DNA from: a phage
Reading direction: 5' to 3' (one strand)
Assembly (NCBI GenBank): GCA_012813795.1
Contig: GCA_012813795.1_4087.1
Length of the DNA stretch: 64,000 bases
Position 1 is the first letter of the stretch. Every line of letters begins with the position of its first letter. Positions 40,379-51,910 of this stretch are shown here, piece by piece. The notes under the pieces are model-generated. The model saw nothing but the letters and a program-made list of their open reading frames with translations, did no database searches and was not told the DNA's origin. A program made the position numbers and the translations under genes.

Positions 40379-41854
40379 TTACGAACGTTGGCGTTTTTTG
40401 TCCGCTTCATATTCGTAGTGAACAGTTTCACCAAATGGTGCTACTTTGTTCGGGTTACTGTGGATTACAAACAGTGTTTTACAGTAGTTAGGATCACCCC
40501 ATGACTGCCACGGTTCACCATCGGTAAACATGATAAGCTGCTTAGGCTTATAATTGTCATGCTTCATGTGAACCCAAACTGCTTCAAAGTCAGTACCGCC
40601 ACCACCTTTAACTGGATATTCAAGAATCTTACGTTCTTCACCAGTTTTATAATCCATCACAGTATAAACTTCAGTATCAAATGTCATGATACGAATTTTA
40701 AACTGCTTGAATTGTTTAGTGATGCCTAGTACTTCACTGATGAAATCGCGAAGCATATCTTCACTGATAGAGCCTGATGCATCGAGTGCAATTGCAATAT
40801 CAATATCGTCATCTGGTTTCATGCCTGGGAAGATTGGATTCCCATAGAATGAACCGTTAGAACCAAAACCAGCACCCCACGAACGGCGGCTTGGGCTTTG
40901 ATAGGTCGCATCGGACTTCAACCAACTACGAAGAGTACGTTGAAGTTTAGAACGCCAGTCAATTTTTGGTTCTTTAAAGTTATTGATCATACGAGCGATT
41001 TCAGCAGGAGTACCACCTGCACGAGCAGCATTCATCATTGCTGTTTTGAAATCGTCCATGTATTCACGTTTTTGTGCTTCAGATGCACCACCTTCACCAC
41101 CTTCACCATCTTGTGGTACATCGTGTTGGTCAATGGTAGTGCCTTTGCCTTTACCATTTTGGATATCACCAAAAGTACCGCGTGATTTACCTTCACCTTC
41201 ACCACTACCAGATTGTGGCTGACCTTCACCTTCATCTTGATCTTGTTTATCTTCTTCTTCTAGAAGAATATAAATCTCTTCGGCGGTCATACCATCATAC
41301 TTCTTATCATACAACCATTGACTTTGAATCTTACCAATTTTTTCACGAACAATAATTTGGTTGATTGCGTAGTCTGCTGCACGGTTGTAGCGTTGTGGGT
41401 CACGCATACCACGACGAAGGAAGTGATCGTATGCACAGTGAAGAATTTCATGACAGATAACTGCAATCAGGTTTTCATCAGTCAAACCTTCGGTCATTTC
41501 TTTCAATTGTTCTTCAGTTACTTCAGGATGCTTCTCACGAATTGCTTCTTCGTATGCTTCTTTCTTGCTTGGGTCTTGAATACCCATGATAAATTCTACG
41601 TTATAGAATAAATGTTTACCATCTACTGCTAAGGTACGACACCATGTATTGTTTGCAACTGGACGCAGACGTGAAGCCAGTACACCAAAGAATGGAGCAG
41701 TTAACATCAGAGAAGTACGAGCAAGAATCAAACGGTCTTGGCATTCTTTCTGGAGTTGTGGTGTTACGTCGCTAAATTTCTTATCGGACATGATATTTCC
41801 TCGTTTAGTTAAGATAAAAGAAGGATACCATGTGGCATCCTTCTTGTCAAACAT
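40379..41854 (-). CDS. von Willebrand factor A (vWA) domain protein with N-terminal HExxH metallopeptidase-like domain
   Basis: 491 aa; HEILH zincin-like motif (VICHEILHCAYDH) in the N-terminal half; MIDAS-type DxSxS motif (ALDASGSIS) in the C-terminal half; Gly/Glu/Gln-rich linker; RBS AGGAAA. Confidence 0.75.
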   Translation of the reverse strand: MFDKKDATWYPSFILTKRGNIMSDKKFSDVTPQLQKECQDRLILARTSLMLTAPFFGVLASRLRPVANNTWCRTLAVDGKHLFYNVEFIMGIQDPSKKEAYEEAIREKHPEVTEEQLKEMTEGLTDENLIAVICHEILHCAYDHFLRRGMRDPQRYNRAADYAINQIIVREKIGKIQSQWLYDKKYDGMTAEEIYILLEEEDKQDQDEGEGQPQSGSGEGEGKSRGTFGDIQNGKGKGTTIDQHDVPQDGEGGEGGASEAQKREYMDDFKTAMMNAARAGGTPAEIARMINNFKEPKIDWRSKLQRTLRSWLKSDATYQSPSRRSWGAGFGSNGSFYGNPIFPGMKPDDDIDIAIALDASGSISEDMLRDFISEVLGITKQFKQFKIRIMTFDTEVYTVMDYKTGEERKILEYPVKGGGGTDFEAVWVHMKHDNYKPKQLIMFTDGEPWQSWGDPNYCKTLFVIHSNPNKVAPFGETVHYEYEADKKRQRS

Positions 41855-41865
41855 TCTTTTAGTTA

Positions 41866-43191
41866 TTAACCAAGAGAACGTGCTTTGCGTACTAGGTCAG
41901 AGTACTTCATAACGAAGTCTTTGAACGCTGGAACATCTTTGTACGCAATCGCTACCTTATGTTGAGTGATGGTACGAATTGCTAGTACTGCCAGTTCTGC
42001 CTGAGTTTCGGAGAAGTTACGGTCCAGGAAGGTGATGAAGTTGTTGCACAGCTTGCCCCACTCTTCAACTGGAAGACGTTGTTCTTGCTTCTCATTGTAC
42101 AGGTCGATAATTTTATAAACCAGATTCAGAGAGATGAAGTAGTTCGCAGAAATATCCAGCGTTGCATCAATCTCTTTAATCTCACCCTGTAGGATGGACA
42201 TAGTATCTGGTAGTTTAGATACGTTTTCTACGTATTCGATATATTCAGTTGCTACACCTTCACCAACACGACCAGCGATTAGAGCACGGAACACTTCTTT
42301 ATCAATGTTGTTGCCTTTCTTCAGGTCTTCGTAGCGTGCTACTGCTTCCCATGAACGTGGAGAAGTACCACCACTGTGAGAAGGATCTTGTGGGCTAAGG
42401 GTGTTGAAGTACTTAGCACCAGTGTTGTTGATGAACGCAACAGTACCTGGGTTCAAACGCTTAGCAATCGCGTAATCGTCAATCCAATCTTGATGGTAAG
42501 GAACCATTTCGATGTGGGTCATACGGTCACGTAGTGGCGTTGCCAGAGAGAACGTTACGCCGCCATCAGTTTCACGGTTACCTGCTGCGAGAATCAGTGC
42601 AGTCTTAGGTAGCTTCATCTCACCAACACAACGGTCGAGGATTAGCTGATAAGACGCTGCCTGTACAATCGGCATAGCAGAGTTAATTTCGTCAAACAGG
42701 ATAACACCTTTCCAATCTGGAGACAGTTTCAGTACTTTAGGTGCTGCCCATACAACTGCTGTTTCAGCAATGTAATCTTTAGCTGTTTCCAGTTCAGATT
42801 CAATCAGTTGTTTGCCATCCATATCCAGGAACACTTTTTCAGGGACTGGGATACCACGTAGGTCACTTGGTTCAATCTGTGACAAACGGAAGTCGATGAA
42901 GTTAGTGTCTTGGTCAATCAGTTTTGCTTCAAACGCTGCCAGTTCGCGGCGAAGTGCATCAGCATTTTCAGCATCAACTTCAATTTGTTGTTTCATGAAC
43001 TCGATTTTAGCCAAGTTATCCTTACGAAGAGGATAGTTCTCGTCAGCGTATTGACGTGCAATCGCAGACTTACCGATACCAGGGCTACCCCAAATCATCA
43101 GACTGTCCTGAATTTTATCTGCCAGAGCCATAGCCATTTTTGCTTTCTTAGGAGTCAGTTTTACGTTCAGGATATCTTGTTGTTCGCTCAT
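41866..43191 (-). CDS. AAA+ ATPase, MoxR/CobS-like
   Basis: 441 aa; Walker A GSPGIGKS, Walker B ILFDEINSA, sensor region LILAAGNRETDG; immediately upstream of the vWA gene (the classical MoxR-vWA pairing). Confidence 0.8.
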   Translation of the reverse strand: MSEQQDILNVKLTPKKAKMAMALADKIQDSLMIWGSPGIGKSAIARQYADENYPLRKDNLAKIEFMKQQIEVDAENADALRRELAAFEAKLIDQDTNFIDFRLSQIEPSDLRGIPVPEKVFLDMDGKQLIESELETAKDYIAETAVVWAAPKVLKLSPDWKGVILFDEINSAMPIVQAASYQLILDRCVGEMKLPKTALILAAGNRETDGGVTFSLATPLRDRMTHIEMVPYHQDWIDDYAIAKRLNPGTVAFINNTGAKYFNTLSPQDPSHSGGTSPRSWEAVARYEDLKKGNNIDKEVFRALIAGRVGEGVATEYIEYVENVSKLPDTMSILQGEIKEIDATLDISANYFISLNLVYKIIDLYNEKQEQRLPVEEWGKLCNNFITFLDRNFSETQAELAVLAIRTITQHKVAIAYKDVPAFKDFVMKYSDLVRKARSLG

Positions 43192-43357
43192 GTGTATTTT
43201 CCTTTTGTTGGATAAAAAACTAGGTTTATATTATAACCAATCCGTTGGCAAAAGTAAAGGAACTGTGTTAAAAGTATTTTAACTTATCAGTTCCTTATCT
43301 TCAGTGAATCATCCGTGTGTTTAAAAAGGTCAATCTTGTTTGCCGTCTTGATGTGGT

Positions 43358-43385
43358 CATTATATCACATCGTTCAGGCTTGTCA
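43358..43385 (-). promoter_or_regulatory. consensus sigma70-like promoter (TTGACA-N16-TGATATAAT), proximal copy
   Basis: Minus strand reads TTGACA AGCCTGAACGATGTGA TATAAT; upstream of the AAA-ATPase/vWA operon. Confidence 0.65.
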
Positions 43386-43451
43386 ACAACTTTTTTTTCT
43401 TTCTTTTTCAATCTCACATCTTGTGATTTTGAAATCTTGCTTCGTGACGTT

Positions 43452-43479
43452 CATTATATCACGTTAATCTGTACTGTCA
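43452..43479 (-). promoter_or_regulatory. consensus sigma70-like promoter (TTGACA-N16-TGATATAAT), distal copy
   Basis: Minus strand reads TTGACA GTACAGATTAACGTGA TATAAT; in tandem about 94 bp upstream of the proximal copy. Confidence 0.65.
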
Positions 43480-43544
43480 ACATCTTTTTCATTTTTATTT
43501 TCGAAGCGTTCTACATATGCATCGAAAATAACTGCTTGAAATCA

Positions 43545-43889
43545 TCACCGACACAATGTTAATTCAGTAACTACCATTGCGTCGGAGAGATATATGTAGT
43601 AGCCATCAACATAATAAGGACTTCTACATATTCTATCAAGCGATGTAAATATTATAGAGCTTTTGAACTCTCTTAGCAAGGGGATTTTTGTAAATTCATA
43701 AAGATTATTTTCTTCACAAATCATAAATCCATACTTACTAAGCCTCAAACCACCACCAGTTCTGAAGTTTTCAAAAATAGACATCAGAAGCATTCTGTCA
43801 GTGATTTCAGCGTCCGATTCATGTACTTCTTTAACTTTTATAAGTACTTCATTTTGAAATTCAGTGCTGTTAGTGGGTTGTGGTATCAT
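43545..43889 (-). CDS. hypothetical protein
   Basis: 114 aa ORF, tightly packed with upstream ORFs. Confidence 0.4.
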   Translation of the reverse strand: MIPQPTNSTEFQNEVLIKVKEVHESDAEITDRMLLMSIFENFRTGGGLRLSKYGFMICEENNLYEFTKIPLLREFKSSIIFTSLDRICRSPYYVDGYYIYLSDAMVVTELTLCR

Positions 43890-43891
43890 AA

Positions 43892-44293
43892 TTACATCCC
43901 CACAAAACCTTGTCTGGCAGCATAAGAAGGAGCATCTTTAACTTTATAGCTACGATGACCTTCACTGTCAACTTTAGGAGCCATATCTTCAGTACCGAAA
44001 TCTTCTTCAATTTCTTTAGTACTGTCTTTTGCTTCTAAGTCATCATTATATTCCACATCTGCCAAAATGTCACATGCTTTTTTAAGTTTTTCTGCGATTT
44101 CTTTATGGTCAGAACCTTCTTCTTTTGCTTTATCAACTAAAGCAACTAAAGATGTAGTGATTTCCTTTAGTAAATCAACGATAACGTTGTCCGAATCTTC
44201 TTGGACAACGATACCATTTTCTTCTTGAGGAACTTCTTCTTCTGCCATAATCGCATCTAGTGATTCCACTAGTTCACGATAGTTATATGACAT
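43892..44293 (-). CDS. hypothetical acidic protein
   Basis: 133 aa, Glu/Asp-rich. Confidence 0.45.
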   Translation of the reverse strand: MSYNYRELVESLDAIMAEEEVPQEENGIVVQEDSDNVIVDLLKEITTSLVALVDKAKEEGSDHKEIAEKLKKACDILADVEYNDDLEAKDSTKEIEEDFGTEDMAPKVDSEGHRSYKVKDAPSYAARQGFVGM

Positions 44294-44294
44294 A

Positions 44295-45233
44295 TTACTT
44301 ATCTCCTAGAAACTTATTGTACTTACTTTGGAGACTTTCAAAAATGTCTTCTACAGATTCGTCTTCTTCAGACTCTTCTTCTTCAGCTTCGTAAACATTA
44401 AGTGGGTTATCACCTAGAGCAGTACCAGGTGCTTTTGGCTTGAATTCATGTACACGATGTACATTGCCTTCATTATCATATTCTTCTGGATTTGGAACAT
44501 TGTCAAGTTCTTCTTGAACAACACGTCTCCAGTAGAATTGGTTTCCTTTAGGAACTACGATGAAGTTATCACCTTCAACACCATTGGTTTTAGCTTGACC
44601 ATCTTGAACAGCATCGTATTCAGAACGGAAAGGACCAAAATCAGTTGTGTCAAGTGCTGGACTCTCTTCTTCTAGACTTAGGTCAGGAAGGATTTGAGAT
44701 TCAGTAACTTCTTCTTCATCTTCATCTACTGCTTCAGTAACAGGAAGACCAGCTAGAGACATCATACGACCGAAATCGAATTCTTCTTCAATAACTTCTT
44801 CGTCTTCATCTGATAGAGTAGATTCTAGCTTAGGTTGACCACTCATGTCAAGAGAAAGTTCATCTTCTTCACCAGGAGCTTCAACATCGATAACTGGAAT
44901 GTCAGCTTCACCTTCTGCATCAGCACCGAAATCAGTTACTGAACCAGATAGATCATCAACAGCTTGTGCTAGTGGGTCTTCTTCACCAATTTCTGGAACA
45001 GGTGCTACATCAGCACCCATTTCTGGAGCAACAACTTCTGGTTCTTCCGCTGAACCACCAAAAGAACCGAAGTCAAGTGGAGCGATTGGAGAAACAGTAG
45101 GTGCTACGGATGATTGCTTTTCAGCTTGACCAGCTAGTGCAAGCATACGGGATAGTGCTTCTAGATCAGCAGATTCTAGACCAGCAATATCAATTTTAAC
45201 CTGTGCTTCATTAATTTTTTTTGCCATTTTCAA
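44295..45233 (-). CDS. hypothetical highly acidic protein
   Basis: 312 aa, long Glu/Asp-rich stretches (EEEESEEDESVED at C-terminus); function not inferable. Confidence 0.5.
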   Translation of the reverse strand: MKMAKKINEAQVKIDIAGLESADLEALSRMLALAGQAEKQSSVAPTVSPIAPLDFGSFGGSAEEPEVVAPEMGADVAPVPEIGEEDPLAQAVDDLSGSVTDFGADAEGEADIPVIDVEAPGEEDELSLDMSGQPKLESTLSDEDEEVIEEEFDFGRMMSLAGLPVTEAVDEDEEEVTESQILPDLSLEEESPALDTTDFGPFRSEYDAVQDGQAKTNGVEGDNFIVVPKGNQFYWRRVVQEELDNVPNPEEYDNEGNVHRVHEFKPKAPGTALGDNPLNVYEAEEEESEEDESVEDIFESLQSKYNKFLGDK

Positions 45234-45246
45234 TAAATCCTTTTAG

Positions 45247-46719
45247 TTATTCATCATTATTATTTAATGATTTTAAAATCTGCACTACTTCATCTTTATT
45301 ACCAGCCAATAGAATGTCAGCGGCTAGTAAAGAAACCTTATCACCACGGGTTAGCAGTACTGTAATCTTTTTCGCATAAGGAGAAGATTTAATTTGTGAT
45401 GCAAGTGCTTCCATACCATTCCCTTGCTCAACTTCTGGTTCAGGGGTCGGTTCTGGTTTAGGCTCTTCCTTTGGTTCTTCTTTCGGTTCAGCCTGTGCTT
45501 CAGGTTTAGGTTCTTCTTGTGCTTTTGGTTCTTCTTGTGGTGCGTCATTTGGTTTAGGTTCATTCTCTGATTTAGAAGATTCAAAACGATCCAGAATAGC
45601 TTGTGCAGCACTTTTTGGAATCATTTTACCATCTGGACCAATGAATCGATCACCACCAACGTATACATATTCTTTGCCTTTCTTAGAAGTAACTTTTGTT
45701 CCGATTTTCATTGCACCAGATTCGTTATGTTTAAGAATGGCTTGTTGTGCAGCACGCTCAATACTTTGTGCAGCACCTGAATTTAGTTGTTTTTTAGTTT
45801 CAACATCAAACCAAGCACCACGTTGTTTAGCATAAGTTTTGTTTTTACCAGAAGTAAAACGGTATCCATCTGGTACACCAACTGCTGGTTCATCTTCAGC
45901 TTCGGTAACTTTTTCTGGCTTCGGTACAGAACCAAAACGTTGTTCTTCACCAGTACTAGCACCAGTTAAAGAAGGAAAATCTTCAGGATTTGCCTTAACG
46001 AACTGTGAATATGCTTGGAAAATAGCTTTCGAGCCTTGTTCAGATACTACCACATTACCGTCATTATCGCAAAATTCTTTACCGTTCCATTCAGAACGAA
46101 CATTACCTTGAATCAATACAGATTTCAATGGGATTAGTTTATTGTTTGTAGATAATTGGCGAGCAATGCGAAGACCTTCTTCACTTAGTTTACGTGTCAT
46201 TTCTGGGCTTACAGGGCGACCGCTTTTTAGTTCAACAAAGCGATGACTGTTAGGAATAAACTTATATCCTTGAACTACAATACCTGCTGGGATAGAAATA
46301 TCTTGTGCATGTGGGGGTAGAATATAAAATTTCAAAGTACTCCACTCTTTTTGTAGAGTTTCTTTGGAAACTTGATATACACGTTGTTCATCACCCATTA
46401 GTTCTGTAATCACTTCACTTTCAGAAAGAATAGTACCGTCATCACTATGGAAGCGGCTTTCACCGATGAACGTACACTCTTTTCCATTGTGAAGATAGTT
46501 TTCGCCAATTTTAAATGCAGTGTTTGATTTATTGTTGTGCTCAACAATTTGTTGTCGAGCACAAGCATACATATTTGGATATTTTTGTGGATCAACCATC
46601 ATCATATTACTATCATTGAACCACATACCTTCTAAGAAGACATATTTTGCTCCAGTATGGGAAGTATAGATATACCCATTAGGAACTACCGTACTTTCAG
46701 TACTGAATAATTTAAGCAT
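45247..46719 (-). CDS. hypothetical protein with internal repeats and a PE/K-rich low-complexity linker
   Basis: 490 aa; repeated KIGxxYxxxGKExxFxGxxRFxxxDG modules; EEPKAQEEPKPEAQAEPKEEPKEEPKPEP tract. Confidence 0.5.
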   Translation of the reverse strand: MLKLFSTESTVVPNGYIYTSHTGAKYVFLEGMWFNDSNMMMVDPQKYPNMYACARQQIVEHNNKSNTAFKIGENYLHNGKECTFIGESRFHSDDGTILSESEVITELMGDEQRVYQVSKETLQKEWSTLKFYILPPHAQDISIPAGIVVQGYKFIPNSHRFVELKSGRPVSPEMTRKLSEEGLRIARQLSTNNKLIPLKSVLIQGNVRSEWNGKEFCDNDGNVVVSEQGSKAIFQAYSQFVKANPEDFPSLTGASTGEEQRFGSVPKPEKVTEAEDEPAVGVPDGYRFTSGKNKTYAKQRGAWFDVETKKQLNSGAAQSIERAAQQAILKHNESGAMKIGTKVTSKKGKEYVYVGGDRFIGPDGKMIPKSAAQAILDRFESSKSENEPKPNDAPQEEPKAQEEPKPEAQAEPKEEPKEEPKPEPTPEPEVEQGNGMEALASQIKSSPYAKKITVLLTRGDKVSLLAADILLAGNKDEVVQILKSLNNNDE

Positions 46720-46731
46720 TGTATTATCCCC

Positions 46732-47289
46732 TTACGAAATCATTCGAAGTAGTTGCTCACGTTCAGCAGGACTTAGACCTTGTAGAATACCAGCAATACC
46801 TTGTGATTGGGTAGATGGATTCGCCGCTGGTTGTGGTGGTTCATTTGAAGCTTGTGGTGCTGCTGCTGGTTCACTTTGTGGTTTAGCTGGTGCTGGTGCT
46901 GGCTCTTCTTGATCACGATATGTGTTCATGTATTCACGAGAAGCCTGTAGTAGAGCGTTACCAACATCTTTAGGTGTGAAAGAACGGCGTTGGTTATTAC
47001 CAAGGAATTTCACATCCAATTGATTACCTTTGAAGAATTGTGCAACATCAGCATATGGAACAGAGCTTTGTGCTTTACCATATTTTTTACCAATATATCG
47101 TTTAAATTCAGCCCATAGGCGGTTAGCTTCTGCACCAACTTCCTGTGCACCTTGCTCAATCTGCCCACTACCGAACATACCTTTTACTTTCCCTTTAGCA
47201 CTATCAATAGCACTTTGAGAACGACTATAAGGACGAGCTTCATTCAGTTCATTGTCCTCATACTCAAACATTTCATTAAGTATACTCAT
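46732..47289 (-). CDS. hypothetical protein with Pro/Ala-rich C-terminal region
   Basis: 185 aa ORF; PAPAPAKPQSEPAAAPQ tract. Confidence 0.45.
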   Translation of the reverse strand: MSILNEMFEYEDNELNEARPYSRSQSAIDSAKGKVKGMFGSGQIEQGAQEVGAEANRLWAEFKRYIGKKYGKAQSSVPYADVAQFFKGNQLDVKFLGNNQRRSFTPKDVGNALLQASREYMNTYRDQEEPAPAPAKPQSEPAAAPQASNEPPQPAANPSTQSQGIAGILQGLSPAEREQLLRMIS

Positions 47290-47292
47290 CGT

Positions 47293-47823
47293 TTATTCCT
47301 TTTTACCAAAACCAGCACTCATATATTGAGAGTATTTATTATCACGTTTAATCTCTTCTTTTGCGTCTTCAACTGCTTTGTCAGCACGTTCTTGACCAGA
47401 AATACCAGTACTATCTACTGCATCACCGAAATCTTTTCCGATAACACGAATTTCGTCAAAATCAACGTCATCTTCACTGATTGACATTTCAATTTGACGT
47501 GGTTCATCTTTACCGCGAACACGAATAAGTGCTTCAGTAACAGATAGAAGGTTTCCAATTTCATACATTAGTACATTAGACTGTACACCACGATTGCATT
47601 TGAAATCAAACATCCAGATTTCACCACAATCTAGTTCATAAAAGTCTAGTGGTTTTTCCATGAAAATAGTTTTCTTCAGAGCACCAACTTCGAAAGCATC
47701 ATAGCGATCTACTAGACGTTGGGTAACTTTACTCAATTGTTCAGTACTAGGTTCAAATGCAAATTTGACACGATATTCATATACAGGTTTATTTTCTGTT
47801 AGAATTTGTTGTAGTTTGTTCAT
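47293..47823 (-). CDS. hypothetical protein
   Basis: 176 aa ORF. Confidence 0.45.
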   Translation of the reverse strand: MNKLQQILTENKPVYEYRVKFAFEPSTEQLSKVTQRLVDRYDAFEVGALKKTIFMEKPLDFYELDCGEIWMFDFKCNRGVQSNVLMYEIGNLLSVTEALIRVRGKDEPRQIEMSISEDDVDFDEIRVIGKDFGDAVDSTGISGQERADKAVEDAKEEIKRDNKYSQYMSAGFGKKE

Positions 47824-47851
47824 TTAATAACTCCATTAATGGTCGTTTAAG

Positions 47852-49965
<2,114 letters not shown>

Positions 49966-49975
49966 AGTACTCTCC

Positions 49976-50752
49976 TTAAAAACCTATATTACCGAATACA
50001 CGGTCAATGATATCTAGTCCTTGGTTTACTTTTTCTGGTAGTAATGAATTAATGCGAGTACTATACATTTCTTCAATATTATCAAATTGAATACAATTAT
50101 CAGGTTTAATTGTAATATCCATAGTTACTGGTGCACTAGAGCTATATTCCAATGTATCGTAACTAATATTGGTGATGATACACCCTGTAAGAACAAAGTA
50201 TTCCATTACACCAGCACTGTTATAGTTTGAGCCACCAATGAACTGATCTACTGCATTAACCAACCCACCATTATTTGTCACAGCGGTAGCAGCAGAAACA
50301 GCAGTATTTCTTGCTAAATCTTCAATGCTGTCATCAGTATTACGTCCATTTAGCATTTGAATAACCATACCAAATTTATATGAACCATAGTCCTGATCAC
50401 TTCTGGATGTAATTCGTCGTTGAAAATCTAATTGTTTTTGTAACTGTCTTGACAATGCTTTAGCACTTTCATTACCGATTGAATCACGAATTGTTAGTGT
50501 GATGGGTTCCCAGTTATGATTACCAATATATGTAGTATTGGTAGTAAAATGGTTCAACTTATGAGTACTGAATGTTACTGTTGGTCTATCAACTTTATCA
50601 ACATCTAATGCGATGTGATCACGCTCATCAATATCAGTACCGAAATTATAAACAATAACTCTAAATTTATACTTAGCTTTAGGTTGTAGCATTGTTTTAT
50701 TTCTTCCCGATGGTAATGGAACGCCATATTTACTAATCATGTTTTTTGCCAT
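49976..50752 (-). CDS. tail tube protein paralog
   Basis: 258 aa; N-terminus YGVPLPSG...QPKAKYKFRVI closely parallels the adjacent 227-aa protein (YGVPLAGG...QPKAKYKFRVI). Confidence 0.55.
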   Translation of the reverse strand: MAKNMISKYGVPLPSGRNKTMLQPKAKYKFRVIVYNFGTDIDERDHIALDVDKVDRPTVTFSTHKLNHFTTNTTYIGNHNWEPITLTIRDSIGNESAKALSRQLQKQLDFQRRITSRSDQDYGSYKFGMVIQMLNGRNTDDSIEDLARNTAVSAATAVTNNGGLVNAVDQFIGGSNYNSAGVMEYFVLTGCIITNISYDTLEYSSSAPVTMDITIKPDNCIQFDNIEEMYSTRINSLLPEKVNQGLDIIDRVFGNIGF

Positions 50753-50800
50753 AGCAACCTCTTTTAATTTAAGGTATTATACTTTATTTAGCATAAAAAA

Positions 50801-50832
50801 AGCCCCGAAATAGTTTCGAGGCTTTAGAAGTA
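50801..50832 (-). terminator. rho-independent terminator between the two tail tube paralogs
   Basis: Minus strand hairpin (one mismatch) followed by TTTTTTTAT. Confidence 0.6.
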
Positions 50833-50839
50833 TCTTTAA

Positions 50840-51523
50840 TTAATCAAAGAAGTTTGTATCAGGTAGTGTAGTACTACTAATGTTGGTTTGTGCACCACTA
50901 ATAGAAGATGCAGTACTTGGGTTACCGAAACCAGTAACTTCATCACCGAATGCTTCACCGTTTGGACCCAACTTAGCACAACCATCTGGTTGAACACTCA
51001 TTGTAATAACTTGTGCTTCGCTTGAAGAGTAATCCCAATCACCAAAGTTGCTGGATTCAATAAAGCAACCCTGACAAACCCAAGTACTTAGAGTACCTTC
51101 AAAAAGGTTTGTTGCATTTTCGCTGTTAGAACCATCTAGTTCTTGAATCCACATTTCAAATTTAAACTGGGAATCAGTCATACGAGATTCTTGACTATAG
51201 TAGTTGAATTCTTTACGCATTTGGTTGTAAAGTGCTTTTGCTGAAGCATTACCAACTGAATCACGGAAAGCAACTTCAATCGCATCCCAAGTATATTTGC
51301 CTTTATAGTGTGCGGAACTGTTATAACTATGAACAGTTACGTTTTCATGCGATACTGATACTGCACCAACAGTGTTAGTATCTAGTGTAATCATGTTGCC
51401 ATCATCATTGGCACCAAAACCAAAGAAAATTACACGGAATTTATATTTTGCTTTTGGTTGTTTCATTGAAATACGACCACCACCAGCAAGCGGAACGCCA
51501 TATCGATCTAGCATAGTAGCCAT
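50840..51523 (-). CDS. tail tube protein
   Basis: 227 aa; T4 gp19-like pattern as recalled (W..I.V.F.D..GN.SAKALY); directly downstream of sheath on the same strand; RBS AGGAGA. Confidence 0.6.
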   Translation of the reverse strand: MATMLDRYGVPLAGGGRISMKQPKAKYKFRVIFFGFGANDDGNMITLDTNTVGAVSVSHENVTVHSYNSSAHYKGKYTWDAIEVAFRDSVGNASAKALYNQMRKEFNYYSQESRMTDSQFKFEMWIQELDGSNSENATNLFEGTLSTWVCQGCFIESSNFGDWDYSSSEAQVITMSVQPDGCAKLGPNGEAFGDEVTGFGNPSTASSISGAQTNISSTTLPDTNFFD

Positions 51524-51558
51524 TTATATTCTCCTGTTATGGAATGACATCTTTATAT

Positions 51559-51566
51559 TATTTATC
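51559..51566 (-). promoter_or_regulatory. late-promoter-like box GATAAATA upstream of tail tube gene
   Basis: Minus strand GATAAATAA about 35 nt upstream of the tube ATG (51523). Confidence 0.4.
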
Positions 51567-51865
51567 TATTACTTACACTTTTATTGAAGTATCTCATCAA
51601 CAGGAAACCAATCTATATTCACACAATACAAGTACTTTTTTTCTTGTTTATGATCTGTATAGTTTACACCAACCGACCATTTACCATTTGTGTAAACATT
51701 GTATTCTCGAATTATACCGACAATGTTCCAAATTTTGTATAAAAGCTTTAAGGATTTTTACGGCATCGTCCTGTGTTGTTACAGTTTTACTTACATCTTG
51801 TAATGTTTTTTTAAGTATTTCTTCCATATTATTCCTGATCGTTGAATTAATAACATAACGTATTT

Positions 51866-51892
51866 AATTTTAAACAATAAAAAAGGGAACCA
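51866..51892 (-). terminator. rho-independent terminator after tail sheath gene
   Basis: GGGAACC-ATAT-GGTTCCC followed by a T-run on the minus strand, 20 nt past the sheath stop. Confidence 0.75.
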
Positions 51893-51910
51893 TATGGTTC
51901 CCTTAGTGTG

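Noticed and set aside
44845-45129. Plus-strand ORF inside the acidic protein gene, and similar antisense ORFs (45641-46111, 47030-47484, 40898-41222)
   Set aside because: Fully contained within longer minus-strand ORFs that have RBSs and operon-like packing; typical antisense artefacts in an AT-rich genome.
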